Positions 11,997 through 22,473 of a stretch of DNA of 64,000 nt are shown here, in pieces (the stretch's first letter is position 1; the number at the start of each line of letters is the position of its first letter). Under the pieces are notes generated by a model. It was not told where the DNA came from and made no database searches. It saw only the letters and a program-made list of their open reading frames with translations. Origin of the DNA: Tetramitus jugosus (lineage: Eukaryota; Protista; Heterolobosea); contig OW569379.1 of the NCBI GenBank assembly GCA_937625935.1, positions 389,602 to 453,601 of the forward strand. The letters run 5' to 3'. The translations under genes were made by a program, and so were the position numbers.

Positions 11997-13490
11997 TTAT
12001 TTGCTGTAAGGAGTATTTGGTTCTTCTTCCTCCAAATCTTCTCCATCATCATTCGGTATCGATGTTTCAACATCAGATTGATTGTTGGCACTCGCTGCAG
12101 CTGCTGCAGCAGCCTTGTTCCTTGCTTTGTTTTGTGCCACTAAAAAGTATGTGACAGCAGCCATAACAATAACAGAGCCAACCAACTGCCATATACTCTT
12201 GAACCACTCTCCAATCAGCACACCTCCAAAGATAATGGTCGAAACTAATCGTAGAGCTAGAATACTGCCTGTGGTGCTTGGTCCAAGAGCCTGAATGGAA
12301 ACAATGTTAAATATGTTGCCAGCAATATAAATGCAAATAGTGAAAGCAACGAAAACGCCCCAGTCATATGTACTCAACGTTAACCAAACACTCCAATCAT
12401 CAACAACAAGAGCAGGGATAAAGAAGACTGTAGTCAAGATAACCTCCTGATACAGGTAAACTCCTTCTTCGGACATCTTGAGGCCAGCTTGCTTCATAAA
12501 CCGTAGACAAATCATGTACACAGCAAGACCACAGTTCGATATAAACGTCACAATAATACCAATCACATCACTCTTTGTCATTTCGTCACGAATGGATCTC
12601 CACGCAATCTTGTATGTGAGTAAAAAGTCATACCACTCGTGTTTCTCCTTCTTCTCAACAGCACCACCCAAAATGATCAACAATCCACCAAAAACAGTCA
12701 CAAACATGGCCAAAAGAGAGCTCCAACTCCACTTTTCTCTTTGATTTTCAGGAACGAAGCGATTCACAACTCCTAGAGAAAGAAAAGACACAATAAAAGG
12801 TGTCGTAGAGGCAACCATTTGTACATTCATAGCTTTTGTGAACCTAGTGCTAAGAATATTGGTTGAAGTTCGCAAACAAAGAGCAAACCCAAACACAACA
12901 TAGACACCATAATGCTTAATCATGTAAATGACCTTTTCCTTGAAAGAAAGTGGTGATGAAGAATGATTCTCATCTTCTTCAGCACCACCAAGTTGACTCT
13001 CTGTTTCATTATTCAATGAGAGCTCATCAGACACATTTGGATTTATCCTTGAAGAAATGTATGCCCTTATGTTTACTATCAATAGATAGATCCATCTTGG
13101 TGAGTACAGCATCAGAGCTAAGAAATTGGATGTGAAAATCAAGCTCAAGGTGGGTATCTTGGCATCCTTTTGCAAGTAACGACTGAACGGTGGTTGGAAA
13201 CCAAAGAGAATATGAGCCAACAAGCATATCACGATAGCACCAATGTACTTGAATTTGTCGCCACCAGTGAACAACGACAAACGTTCCCTTAGTTCCTGTG
13301 CACGCCCAAAATATTTTGTGGACTTGGTCGTAGTTTCATTTTGGCGCGATTCTTCATTTTCCTCAAATTCCCCTTCATTGTCAAACTCCCCCATTTCTTG
13401 ATCCCTGAAATAGTCGCGATATTCGTCGGCGTTTTCATCCTCATGCGCATAGGTGCCTGTGGTAATAGGAATAGAGTTTTTGGACGCCAT
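11997..13490 (-). CDS. DMT/EamA-like multi-pass transporter
   Basis: About 10 hydrophobic helices in two repeats; STTPFIVSFLS and GGVLIGE...QLVGSVIV are typical of DMT repeats. Confidence 0.7.
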   Translation of the reverse strand: MASKNSIPITTGTYAHEDENADEYRDYFRDQEMGEFDNEGEFEENEESRQNETTTKSTKYFGRAQELRERLSLFTGGDKFKYIGAIVICLLAHILFGFQPPFSRYLQKDAKIPTLSLIFTSNFLALMLYSPRWIYLLIVNIRAYISSRINPNVSDELSLNNETESQLGGAEEDENHSSSPLSFKEKVIYMIKHYGVYVVFGFALCLRTSTNILSTRFTKAMNVQMVASTTPFIVSFLSLGVVNRFVPENQREKWSWSSLLAMFVTVFGGLLIILGGAVEKKEKHEWYDFLLTYKIAWRSIRDEMTKSDVIGIIVTFISNCGLAVYMICLRFMKQAGLKMSEEGVYLYQEVILTTVFFIPALVVDDWSVWLTLSTYDWGVFVAFTICIYIAGNIFNIVSIQALGPSTTGSILALRLVSTIIFGGVLIGEWFKSIWQLVGSVIVMAAVTYFLVAQNKARNKAAAAAAASANNQSDVETSIPNDDGEDLEEEEPNTPYSK

Positions 13491-13714
13491 TATACACTTG
13501 TGCTATTGTGTGCTTCTATGATTGACTTTTTGTGAATTCGTGACAATTACACACAACGCCACATCGACCATTGCGGAAAAGCTTGAATGTCCGAATATCC
13601 GAATCGGTGAAACTCGAGCTATTCAGGGAATGAATTGGATTGGGACATCAATCTTCTGTTGATTGAGAAAAAGAAAACAGATATCCAGATCATCTTGTTC
13701 TTTTTGTTGCTACA

Positions 13715-15361
13715 ATGTTGGATCACATCGTCAAAGACAAGGCATCTCAAGTTCAAATGAACAGAAGACTCCAAGTGCTCACTGCCCACCTTTCCCGGGA
13801 TCAATTCCCCGATCAGTTCGGAACAATTTTACAAAAGAACGAAGTGTCCAGCTCCTCCCCAAAGAATACAATTCCCTCGCAGAAGGTGTGCTCTAATGTG
13901 CAAGAGGCGCTGAAAGGTATTGAATCTGGAATGACTGTTCTCATTGGTGGTTTTGGTATTTGTGGAACACCTCAAAAGCTTCTAGAAGGACTTCAAGCCC
14001 AATCGCCTTACATTAAGGATTTGACCATTGTAAGTAACAATGTCGGTGTTGACGATTATGGTCCCGGTCTCCTGTTCCAAACCAAGCAAGTCAAGAAAGT
14101 AGTTGCTTCCTACGTCGGAGAGAATTCGTTGTTTGAGAAGCAATACTTCGGTGGTGAAATCGAAGTGGAGCTGGTGCCTCAGGGAACGTTGGCTGAGAGA
14201 TTAAGATGCGCTGGAAGTGGAATCGCTGCATTCTATACTCCAACTGCTGTCAACACAGTGGTTCAACATGGCAATTTCCCAGTGCAGCTCCAGCCAGGAG
14301 GAGATGGAAAGACAGCCATCAAGGTAAGCAAGCCCAAGGATGTGAAGACCTTTAGAGGAAAGGAATATTTGATGGAAGAGGCCATTTATGGAGATGTAGC
14401 TCTCATTAAGGCACACAAGGCTGATACGATGGGCAATATTGTCTTCAAGAGAACTGCTCGCAATTTCAATCCTGAAATTGCTCGTGCTGCCAAGATTTGT
14501 ATTGCCGAAGTGGATGAAATTGTACAACCAGGAGAGATTGATCCCGATCACGTGCATTTGCCAGGAATCTTTGTCCACAGGATCTTTAGACCAGAGCCAT
14601 ATGAGAAGCGAATTGAAAGACTGCGTTTGAGTCAGTCAACACCAAAGCAATCAGCTACAACACAGCAAACACCAGTGAAAGGAGCCAAAGGAATGGATAC
14701 GAGAGAGAGAATTGTGAGAAGAGCTGCTTTGGAGTTCAAGGATGGCATGTATGTCAATTTGGGAATCGGTATGCCAACACTAGCATCCAACTACCTCCCC
14801 AAGGGTATCAACATTGTTTTGCAATCCGAAAACGGTCTTCTTGGTATTGGTCCCTATCCAATCAAGGGTCAAGAGGACCCAGATCTTGTTAATGCTGGAA
14901 AAGAAACTGTTACAACTTTGCCTGGCTCCTCAATTGTATCATCTTGTGATGCCTTTGGTATGATTAGAGGTGGTCATTTAGATCTGGCAGTACTCGGAGC
15001 TCTGCAAGTCTCAGAAACAGGAGATATTGCCAACTGGATTATCCCTGGAAAAATGATAAAGGGTGCAGGAGGGGCCATGGATCTTGTGAGCGCTGCCAAG
15101 AATGGAACAAAGGTCATTGTCACAATGGAACACACGGCAGGCAACAACAGACACAAAATTCTCAAAAGATGCACATTGCCACTCACTGGAGAGTCATGCA
15201 TCTCTCGAATCATTACGGAATTGTGTGTCTTTGATGTAACACCACAGGGATTAGAGCTGATTGAAATTGCGGAAGGAGTCACCGAAGAGGAAATCTGTCA
15301 AAAGACTGAGGCATCATTCACTGTTTCCAAGCATCTCAAACCGATGCAATTTGCCCAATAA
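13715..15361 (+). CDS. OXCT1: Succinyl-CoA:3-ketoacid CoA transferase (SCOT/OXCT), fused alpha+beta
   Basis: [31 protein letters not shown], catalytic [15 protein letters not shown]; N-terminal PTS2-like RLQVLTAHL. Confidence 0.92.
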   Translation: MLDHIVKDKASQVQMNRRLQVLTAHLSRDQFPDQFGTILQKNEVSSSSPKNTIPSQKVCSNVQEALKGIESGMTVLIGGFGICGTPQKLLEGLQAQSPYIKDLTIVSNNVGVDDYGPGLLFQTKQVKKVVASYVGENSLFEKQYFGGEIEVELVPQGTLAERLRCAGSGIAAFYTPTAVNTVVQHGNFPVQLQPGGDGKTAIKVSKPKDVKTFRGKEYLMEEAIYGDVALIKAHKADTMGNIVFKRTARNFNPEIARAAKICIAEVDEIVQPGEIDPDHVHLPGIFVHRIFRPEPYEKRIERLRLSQSTPKQSATTQQTPVKGAKGMDTRERIVRRAALEFKDGMYVNLGIGMPTLASNYLPKGINIVLQSENGLLGIGPYPIKGQEDPDLVNAGKETVTTLPGSSIVSSCDAFGMIRGGHLDLAVLGALQVSETGDIANWIIPGKMIKGAGGAMDLVSAAKNGTKVIVTMEHTAGNNRHKILKRCTLPLTGESCISRIITELCVFDVTPQGLELIEIAEGVTEEEICQKTEASFTVSKHLKPMQFAQ

Positions 15362-15400
15362 AAACATACTAGCTCAAAAATGGATAGTGAAAGTAAGAAT

Positions 15401-16558
15401 TTATAGAGAAGCATTATCCCAGACAGCTCCCTTTGGAGCTTCACCATCGTTGGATGGTGCAGGCATAAAATCATTCTTGATCATCCAGTCATCAGCCAAA
15501 AACTTTGTCATATAGTTTCTGACAGAGTCAGGCAAAACGACTACACATCTCTGACCAGCCTTGAGCTCCTTGGCTGCTTGACAGGCAGCCCACACAGCGG
15601 TACCACTGCTTCCGCCGCACAACAATCCTTCATCACGAATCAATTGACGAGCCATCAACAAAGACTCCTTGTCCTCAGTCTTGACCCATCGATCCACTAG
15701 GCCTCTATCCAAAACATCAGGTACAAAATCGTATCCGATACCTTCGACTTGATAGCTACCGACAGCGTCGTGCTCTGGATCAGCCAACAAGGAACCAACA
15801 GGATCAACACCAACAACAATCAAGTTTGGAATCTTTTCCTTGAGTTTCTTAGCGATACCGGTAATGGTTCCACCAGTACCAGCACCAATCACAATCATAT
15901 CAATCTTGCCATCAGTCTGTGAAAGGATTTCCTCAGCAGTTTCATCATAGTGAGCCAATGGATTGCTTGGATTGGCATATTGATCCAGAATGTGAGAGTT
16001 TGGAATCTCTGATTGCAACTTTTTTGCAACACCAATGTGAGACTCTGGAGCATCCCATGCGGCAGCAGTTGGTGTTCTAATAATGGTTGCACCAAGAGCC
16101 TTGAGCACATTGCTCTTCTCCTCACTCATCTTTTCTGGCATAGTGATAATCATGTTGTATCCCTTGACTGCAGCAGTCAGAGCAAGACCAATACCAGTGT
16201 TACCAGATGTTGGTTCAATCAATGTATCACCAGGCTTGATTCTTCCGCTCTTTTCAGCATCAAGAATCATACGTTTACCAATTCTATCCTTGACGGAGCC
16301 ACCAGCGTTAAAGTATTCGCACTTGGCGACCAATTCGCACTCTAGACCATACTTTTGAGGGATACGGTTAAGTTTGACCATTGGTGTGCGGCCAATGTGC
16401 TCCAAAATATTTTCATAAATGCTGGAGTTGATGTCTCTGTGTGTGGTTCAGGTTGAAAAAGTCAGTTTTTTACTCTTCTCAACACCAGCAACTTTGAAAA
16501 AAAAACTGAAAAACAATAACACATACGGTTTGTTCAATCTTTCGTTTAAGGAGGACAT
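15401..16558 (-). CDS. CBS: Cystathionine beta-synthase (PLP-dependent, short form), 2 exons
   Basis: [56 protein letters not shown]. First exon [11 protein letters not shown] starts at 16558 and is spliced via GTATGT...CAG. Confidence 0.9.
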
Positions 16559-16875
16559 TTTGTTATTGAGAGGTAGGTGGTTGGAAAGCTGTAAGTGTGT
16601 GTGATAGAAAAAAAGCTAAAAAGCTTCACAAAGGACGTAAATAAAGAGGTTAGGTTGCTTTTTTTCACTTTTTGACTCTTTGGTCGCACCACGACCGTGA
16701 ACAGAAAAGCATAGACTGCTGCCCGGAGTTTGTCGGTTGACTAAAATTGATTGGGCCAATCTGCATTACTCCGTGTTCAACGAGGAATCAAAATGAACTG
16801 GCGGCAAAAAAGAACTCCTGCGCATGATTATTTCACAGAAGTAAGGGTATACAATAAATTCAAAGAAAGCTTAAG

Positions 16876-17352
16876 ATGACAACAAGTAAGCCCAACGCCA
16901 CTGTGGCAAAGAAGAATACAAAAATTCCATATGCCAAGAAAAACAAGCAACCTACTAACAACGACCAACTGGACCAAGAGCTACTCCAAAAATGGGATCA
17001 GATGACTCAAAAGCTAACAAGCACATTCAAAGCTAAGAACTCTGCACTTGTTCAGAAAGCTCAACAGCAGCACCAAGCCATGCAACAACACTTCTCTGAA
17101 GTTAGAGCTAACATGGATGATATGAAGACGTACATCATGTCCAGATACTCCACTCATGCCTCCACTTTTCAATCATCCATGACCAACGTAGAACAACGAA
17201 CCAAGCAAGGCAATTCAACAATAGTTGAAAAGTGGATTGAAGAATCAAGAAATGGTCTCAGCTCCAAATGTCAAGATATTCTCAACGACTGGACACAACG
17301 AGTCAACCAAATCTCCATCAAGGACTCTGCGATACAAAAAATTCGTGAATGA
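16876..17352 (+). CDS. Hypothetical helical/coiled-coil protein
   Basis: 158-aa ATG ORF filling the gap between genes; basic N-terminus, Q-rich helical body; no recognised motif. Confidence 0.6.
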   Translation: MTTSKPNATVAKKNTKIPYAKKNKQPTNNDQLDQELLQKWDQMTQKLTSTFKAKNSALVQKAQQQHQAMQQHFSEVRANMDDMKTYIMSRYSTHASTFQSSMTNVEQRTKQGNSTIVEKWIEESRNGLSSKCQDILNDWTQRVNQISIKDSAIQKIRE

Positions 17353-17683
17353 GAAAATATCATGTGTTGCGTCGTCGTCTTCATCATTATTGTCATCATC
17401 AAATAACACGAGAAAACAGATCTGTATTGTTTTGCTGTGACCAGCAGAGAAGAAGCAGAAAGTATCTCTGCACATCTTATCCCACAAAATTCCATCATCA
17501 TCATCATCGTAGACAGCGATCACCATACACTTTCTCGTGCATGCCATAGTTGCACTTTCACATGTTCTTTGATCTCTCACACAAAAGACCCAATCTCGCC
17601 AATTATCTGTACACACTCACTAAACACACACACACACACACACATACAATTGATCTAGAATGTTTCAATGTTGCAGTTGGTAT

Positions 17684-18502
17684 TTACAGAATAGAACACT
17701 TGGACTTTTTTGGAACCTTGTTTACGTTCAAAGCAGGACCATTACCATCTCTCACCAAGCGAACTACCTGATAAAATGCCTCATCAATATTCTTCTTCAG
17801 TTTGGCCGATGTCTCCATGAATGAACAACCATTCTTATCGGCAAACTCTTTCGCTTCACTCGCCTGAACCACTCTATTCGCTTCTAAATCACACTTGTTT
17901 CCAATAATTACAACAGGTACGCGTTCACTGTCTTTCACTCTTTGAATCTGAGGGAAAATATCCGTTGTCGCATCATCTAAAGTTGCTTTTTCAGTAATGG
18001 AATACACGAGAAGAAATCCATCACCTGATCGTATGTGCTGATCTCTCAATGATTTGTATTCTTCTTGTCCTGCAGTATCCAAAACTGATAATAAAACGGA
18101 TTCACCGTCGACTTGTGCGTGTTTTCGGTATGAATCCTCAATTGTTGGATCATAAATCTCAACAAACGTTCCTATCATTTGTTATCATTTGTTATCATTT
18201 GTTATCATTGTCAACATTGTTCATTCCATTATTGTGTCGTGCAGGAATTCCGCCGCGTTTGATTTCAAAGTATTTTCGAACAGCAACACGTGCATTTTTT
18301 CGTCGAAAAGCCATCAGCCAAATAATTCGTACATGCGAAAAAATTTAGTATTTACGATTGGGCAAAGAAGGGGGCGATAATGACACATGACACATGCTGT
18401 CAAAAAGGAAGAAAACAAACCTTGGATGAATTGAATGGTTACTGCGCTCTTGCCAACACCTCCTGATCCAAGAACTACGATTCTATATTCAGTGTTCGAC
18501 AT
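17684..18502 (-). CDS. Ras-family small GTPase, 2 exons
   Basis: Exon 18502-18421 (GSGGVGKS), intron 18420-18172, exon 18171-17684 with [25 protein letters not shown] and CaaX CSIL. Confidence 0.93.
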
Positions 18503-18955
18503 GTCTGGTTGGTCTGTGGTCTTTTGTGTGATGATGTTGTTGGGTTTTATTCGGTGTGTATTGTGACGTCTGAGGATAATAAAAAAAACTTTGACGCTTG
18601 ACGTTACCTTGAGGTGATTTTTGGTAAAAAATAAAGCCCAATTAGTGCGAATCCATTGTGCAGTTTCTGGAGAACAGACAATGAAGTCGCTCGTTGGTTC
18701 ATCAATGATGCAACGATGCGTATGTAAACTGCACTGAGTGAATAAAGAGGTAGGGGACGATGTGCATGTCGTAAAGAACTGCAGGGTAGCTTTCTCCGAT
18801 AGTTGTCGGACACTCTTGTCACACGTCGGGATAACTTCAAGCCGTCAGAAAACCTCAAAAAATATCATTGTAAACCGAGTGAGAAAATTGGGCGAGTGAA
18901 CCATCTAACACACAACCAACCTAATCAGAAAGCACACATCAAAAAACAGAAAATC

Positions 18956-19564
18956 ATGGCATCAGGCAACGCAGTTATCAATCAAGACCTTCTTGACACT
19001 TATAGCAAGAGCTTTAGATTCTCAAAGAATGATCACTCAATGGCTCTTGTGCTCAAGATCAACATGAAAGACTTGACAGTGTCAATTGACGAAAATTATA
19101 ACTCACCAGACACGACATTGGAGCTTGTTGCAGAAGATTTGGAAGAATCTACTCCAAGATTCATCTTGTACAGTTATCGATGGGTGAGAAGTGATCGATA
19201 TGGTGATAGAAAGCAATTTCCAATCAGGTGAGTGTGAGCGTTGTGATCACAAGATCCAGGATGATTCTTTTTGCTGTTTGCTTTTTTGTCATTTTGGAGT
19301 GAGGCGAAGAACGTTTTTTGTCCTTGTGTTTTTGGCGCGCAAAAACTGACTCGTTTACGGAAATGTGTGGTTGTTTTTTTTGTCATGTATTTTAGCTTGA
19401 TTTTCTATTCTCCAGAGGGAAGCAATCCTTCAATGAATATGGTGTACACTAGAGCAAAGGTTGTGATTCAAAATGCTTTCCAAGGCATTCAACGTGCTTA
19501 TGATATCAGAGACAAGGATGGTCTATCCGATGAGTGGCTCTTGTCCATGTTGAACAAGGCTTAA
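18956..19564 (+). CDS. GMF: Glia maturation factor (ADF-H family), 2 exons
   Basis: FRF, PRFILYSY and DRKQFPI-S-LIFYSPEG...MVY; intron 19228-19395 (GTGAGT...TAG) restores the frame. Confidence 0.85.
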
Positions 19565-19742
19565 ATCAGAGCAAATGTATCAACTTGATAAAAGTTGTGT
19601 GAAAAATTCACGGTGTGGTTTGATAAATAAACCACTCACACACAACAACATTGTGTAGTTTTAACTTCATTGAGGAAGGAACTGTAATTCTGTTCTTTTG
19701 GCGCCATTTTTTTTGGCGCTTTGTCTTTGGAAGAATAGATCA

Positions 19743-20017
19743 TCATTGATCTGTCTCTGGATCATAATAGGCATCTTCATAATCAAACACCATGTGAGAA
19801 GGAACTCTCCTGAACGTGCGATTCCATATCAAGAGACTCACTCCAATGACAATCACACCAATTGTCAGCGATAACTAACATAACACAATTCTCATTAGTG
19901 TGGCGAGTAACAATAAGAGAAATAAAGATGACTTACCCAGCTGTTATGATTATTGTTGCCATTGTTGGATGCATCATCAACATCCTCCTCCCAGTCGTAA
20001 TCCTTGCTGTTGTTCAT
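19743..20017 (-). CDS. 70-aa single-pass membrane microprotein, 2 exons (not in ORF track)
   Basis: Exon 20017-19937, 62-nt intron with GTAAGT donor, CTAAT branch-like site and TTAG acceptor, exon 19874-19743. One TM (LSLTIGVIVIGVSLLIW) followed by NRTFRR. Confidence 0.55.
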
Positions 20018-20254
20018 TGTTTTTTTGTCAAAGCTTTTCTTCTCCTTTTTCTGTGTGGAAAACTGAGATCTCTCTTTGTTGGAGAGGTTGCAAGATCATG
20101 ACCTTGTTCACCAACACAATGTATTTTGATTCCTCATGGGAATTCCTCCTATTTTCCTTCCGATCGGAAGCTCCCCTTCGAATCAACATGAAAAAAACGA
20201 ACGCACAACGAACTCTGTTGCTATTATCATCCAACAATAAACAAGACTCGCCGG

Positions 20255-22408
20255 ATGTTGTTCAACAAGGTATTGACACGATTGCTTGGCAAGAGACGCA
20301 GCAGTCAACCTACTCGACCCACTAGAACGAGTGCACACCAGGCAACATGTTGGGATGATATGAGTGATGATGTGTTGTGCAAGATTAGTAGCTTTCTGAA
20401 CAATGTTGAACTTTTTGAGTTGTTTGCATTGATTCATCAGAGAACGTATCGATTGGTTCGTTTCTCTATTGTGTTGTGGTCGTTGAGTCGTTCAGTTGAG
20501 ATCAATGAAAAGTCTTTTGATAGCTTGATGCCTATTACTTGTCGATGCATGATTCAGAGTATAGTCATGAGGCAATTGTCGCATGAAAAGACCATGAAAG
20601 CTTTAGGTCTGCTCTCTGCTGACCAACAATCTTTTGTAAGGGATTTAACAGTTTACAATTTTCCATCCAATTTTTTGTTCGATCCAATGGAGGGATTATT
20701 GGCCAATATTGCGAGTCGTGTTTCATTGTACAGGTCTAATCCGAGAGTCAAAGTTCTCCAGATGCCCAGTTACTTTGCAAGTGATGTGATACGGTTGAGT
20801 CGATTGCGAGACCTCAAGGTTCGTACATTTGTATTAGACAGAAACTCTCTTGCAATGATATTGGATCATTTGAGCGAGTTGGAAACGTTTGCTTTCGAGT
20901 TTTCTTTTCCATGTGACATACTGAGCTTTATAGCTGAGAGAAAGTTTTCTAAACAGCTTCGTCATGTATTTATTGAGAGGATTCAAACTCGGCAGCAGTT
21001 GCCTTTAAATCACGATCCAAGCGTACAACACAATGATGAAAACGATCCTTGCTTATTTATTGAAAAATTGAACTTTGTAGAATGCACGTGGAGTGAAATT
21101 TATTGGTTCTTGTGTCATAATAGCAGAGATGCCATGCGAAGTGTTGAGGTGAATGTGATGACATCGCTTCCAGAGTTTCAATTTCCATCCTATCCGAAGC
21201 TTCTTTTTCCTCAGCTAAAGTCATTTTCAATTAGTGGACATAATTGTGCTCCATTTTTTGAACATATCATTGCTGGTTCACCTATGATCGAGCAGATATC
21301 GATGGTAGAGAGAGTAGAGCAGCGAACAACGACAACAATGAATCGGAGCGAGTTGAGTCACGACGAGAAGTCATTACAACAAACAGCAATGAGAGGCAGA
21401 ACAGTGAAGAAATTGTTTTGTAATAGTGCGGATCACTTATTGCCGACCACTCTCAATCGATTGAGTGAATCTATTCAATCTCTCAGGTTGATGTTTCGAG
21501 GGACTCCACCTACATTATTCCACAATTTATCTGTTGTTCGGATAGAGTCTTGTACGTGTAATTATTCCGTATTTAAAATGATTCATCAGAAGATTGATAC
21601 TGCCCACTTGAAGCAATTGGCCCTGTTTGATGCAGATGATTGTGATACTGCCCAGATTGAGAATTTAATAACATTTCTTCCACATCTACATAAGTTAACT
21701 TTGAGCCGATTGAGACTAATGAGTGATACAAATGTACTTCAGGTTCTATTTTGTTATGGTCACGAGTCTTTGGAGCGCGTGACACTCGATTCTGTACTAT
21801 TTTCTGCAACTCAATCATTTGAAATCGATCTTTCGGTCTGGACAGAGCTACCTAGGTTGAAAAAACTACGGTTAGGTATCAAAGATATATGTTTTGGCCA
21901 GAGTTGGACGGATAACATGCTTAGTCTCACACCAGAGCTCGAGTCATTAGAGATTCCGATACCCGCTCCTCAGCTATCACAAGTGGTGCAGGCAATTCAC
22001 AAAAATGTACCTAATTTGCATGATTTAACTTTGTCCCTCTCATGGATAACCAATGGAGCAAGTAGGAGACTTGGTCGAGTTTATGCCTTTCCGAGTGGCC
22101 TCAAAAGCATTCACTTGAACTTCGATTTTGAGCGGACAGACATGTCAGATATCATAACGGTGTTATTAGCTGCGATCGTTAGTAACGCAAATGTGTCTTT
22201 CAATGTACTGCCTCCTTTGCTACAACCAATCCCGGATCCGATTCAGTTTATCAAAGAGAGAGTCGATTTTTGCATTGACAGTATTGATGGAGTGCCAAAG
22301 TCAACTCAAACTCGACTCAAGGATCAGTTCAGAAACATGAGTTGGCTCCCAGACTTTCCAGAGTGTTTCCGTCATTTGCTTTTCAAAATGGGATTTGAGA
22401 GTAGTTAA
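20255..22408 (+). CDS. F-box / leucine-rich-repeat protein
   Basis: F-box-like WDDMSDDVLCKISSFLN followed by LRR-like units (FPQLKSFSI, LPHLHKLTL, LPRLKKLRL, VPNLHDLTL). Confidence 0.75.
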   Translation: MLFNKVLTRLLGKRRSSQPTRPTRTSAHQATCWDDMSDDVLCKISSFLNNVELFELFALIHQRTYRLVRFSIVLWSLSRSVEINEKSFDSLMPITCRCMIQSIVMRQLSHEKTMKALGLLSADQQSFVRDLTVYNFPSNFLFDPMEGLLANIASRVSLYRSNPRVKVLQMPSYFASDVIRLSRLRDLKVRTFVLDRNSLAMILDHLSELETFAFEFSFPCDILSFIAERKFSKQLRHVFIERIQTRQQLPLNHDPSVQHNDENDPCLFIEKLNFVECTWSEIYWFLCHNSRDAMRSVEVNVMTSLPEFQFPSYPKLLFPQLKSFSISGHNCAPFFEHIIAGSPMIEQISMVERVEQRTTTTMNRSELSHDEKSLQQTAMRGRTVKKLFCNSADHLLPTTLNRLSESIQSLRLMFRGTPPTLFHNLSVVRIESCTCNYSVFKMIHQKIDTAHLKQLALFDADDCDTAQIENLITFLPHLHKLTLSRLRLMSDTNVLQVLFCYGHESLERVTLDSVLFSATQSFEIDLSVWTELPRLKKLRLGIKDICFGQSWTDNMLSLTPELESLEIPIPAPQLSQVVQAIHKNVPNLHDLTLSLSWITNGASRRLGRVYAFPSGLKSIHLNFDFERTDMSDIITVLLAAIVSNANVSFNVLPPLLQPIPDPIQFIKERVDFCIDSIDGVPKSTQTRLKDQFRNMSWLPDFPECFRHLLFKMGFESS

Positions 22409-22473
22409 CCAACATGTTCAAATAATTAGTATTTATTGCGATATACATTCATGAGTTAAACAGCACACTTGGA

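Noticed and set aside
17622-17646. (CA)n tract
   Set aside because: Ordinary microsatellite between convergent genes
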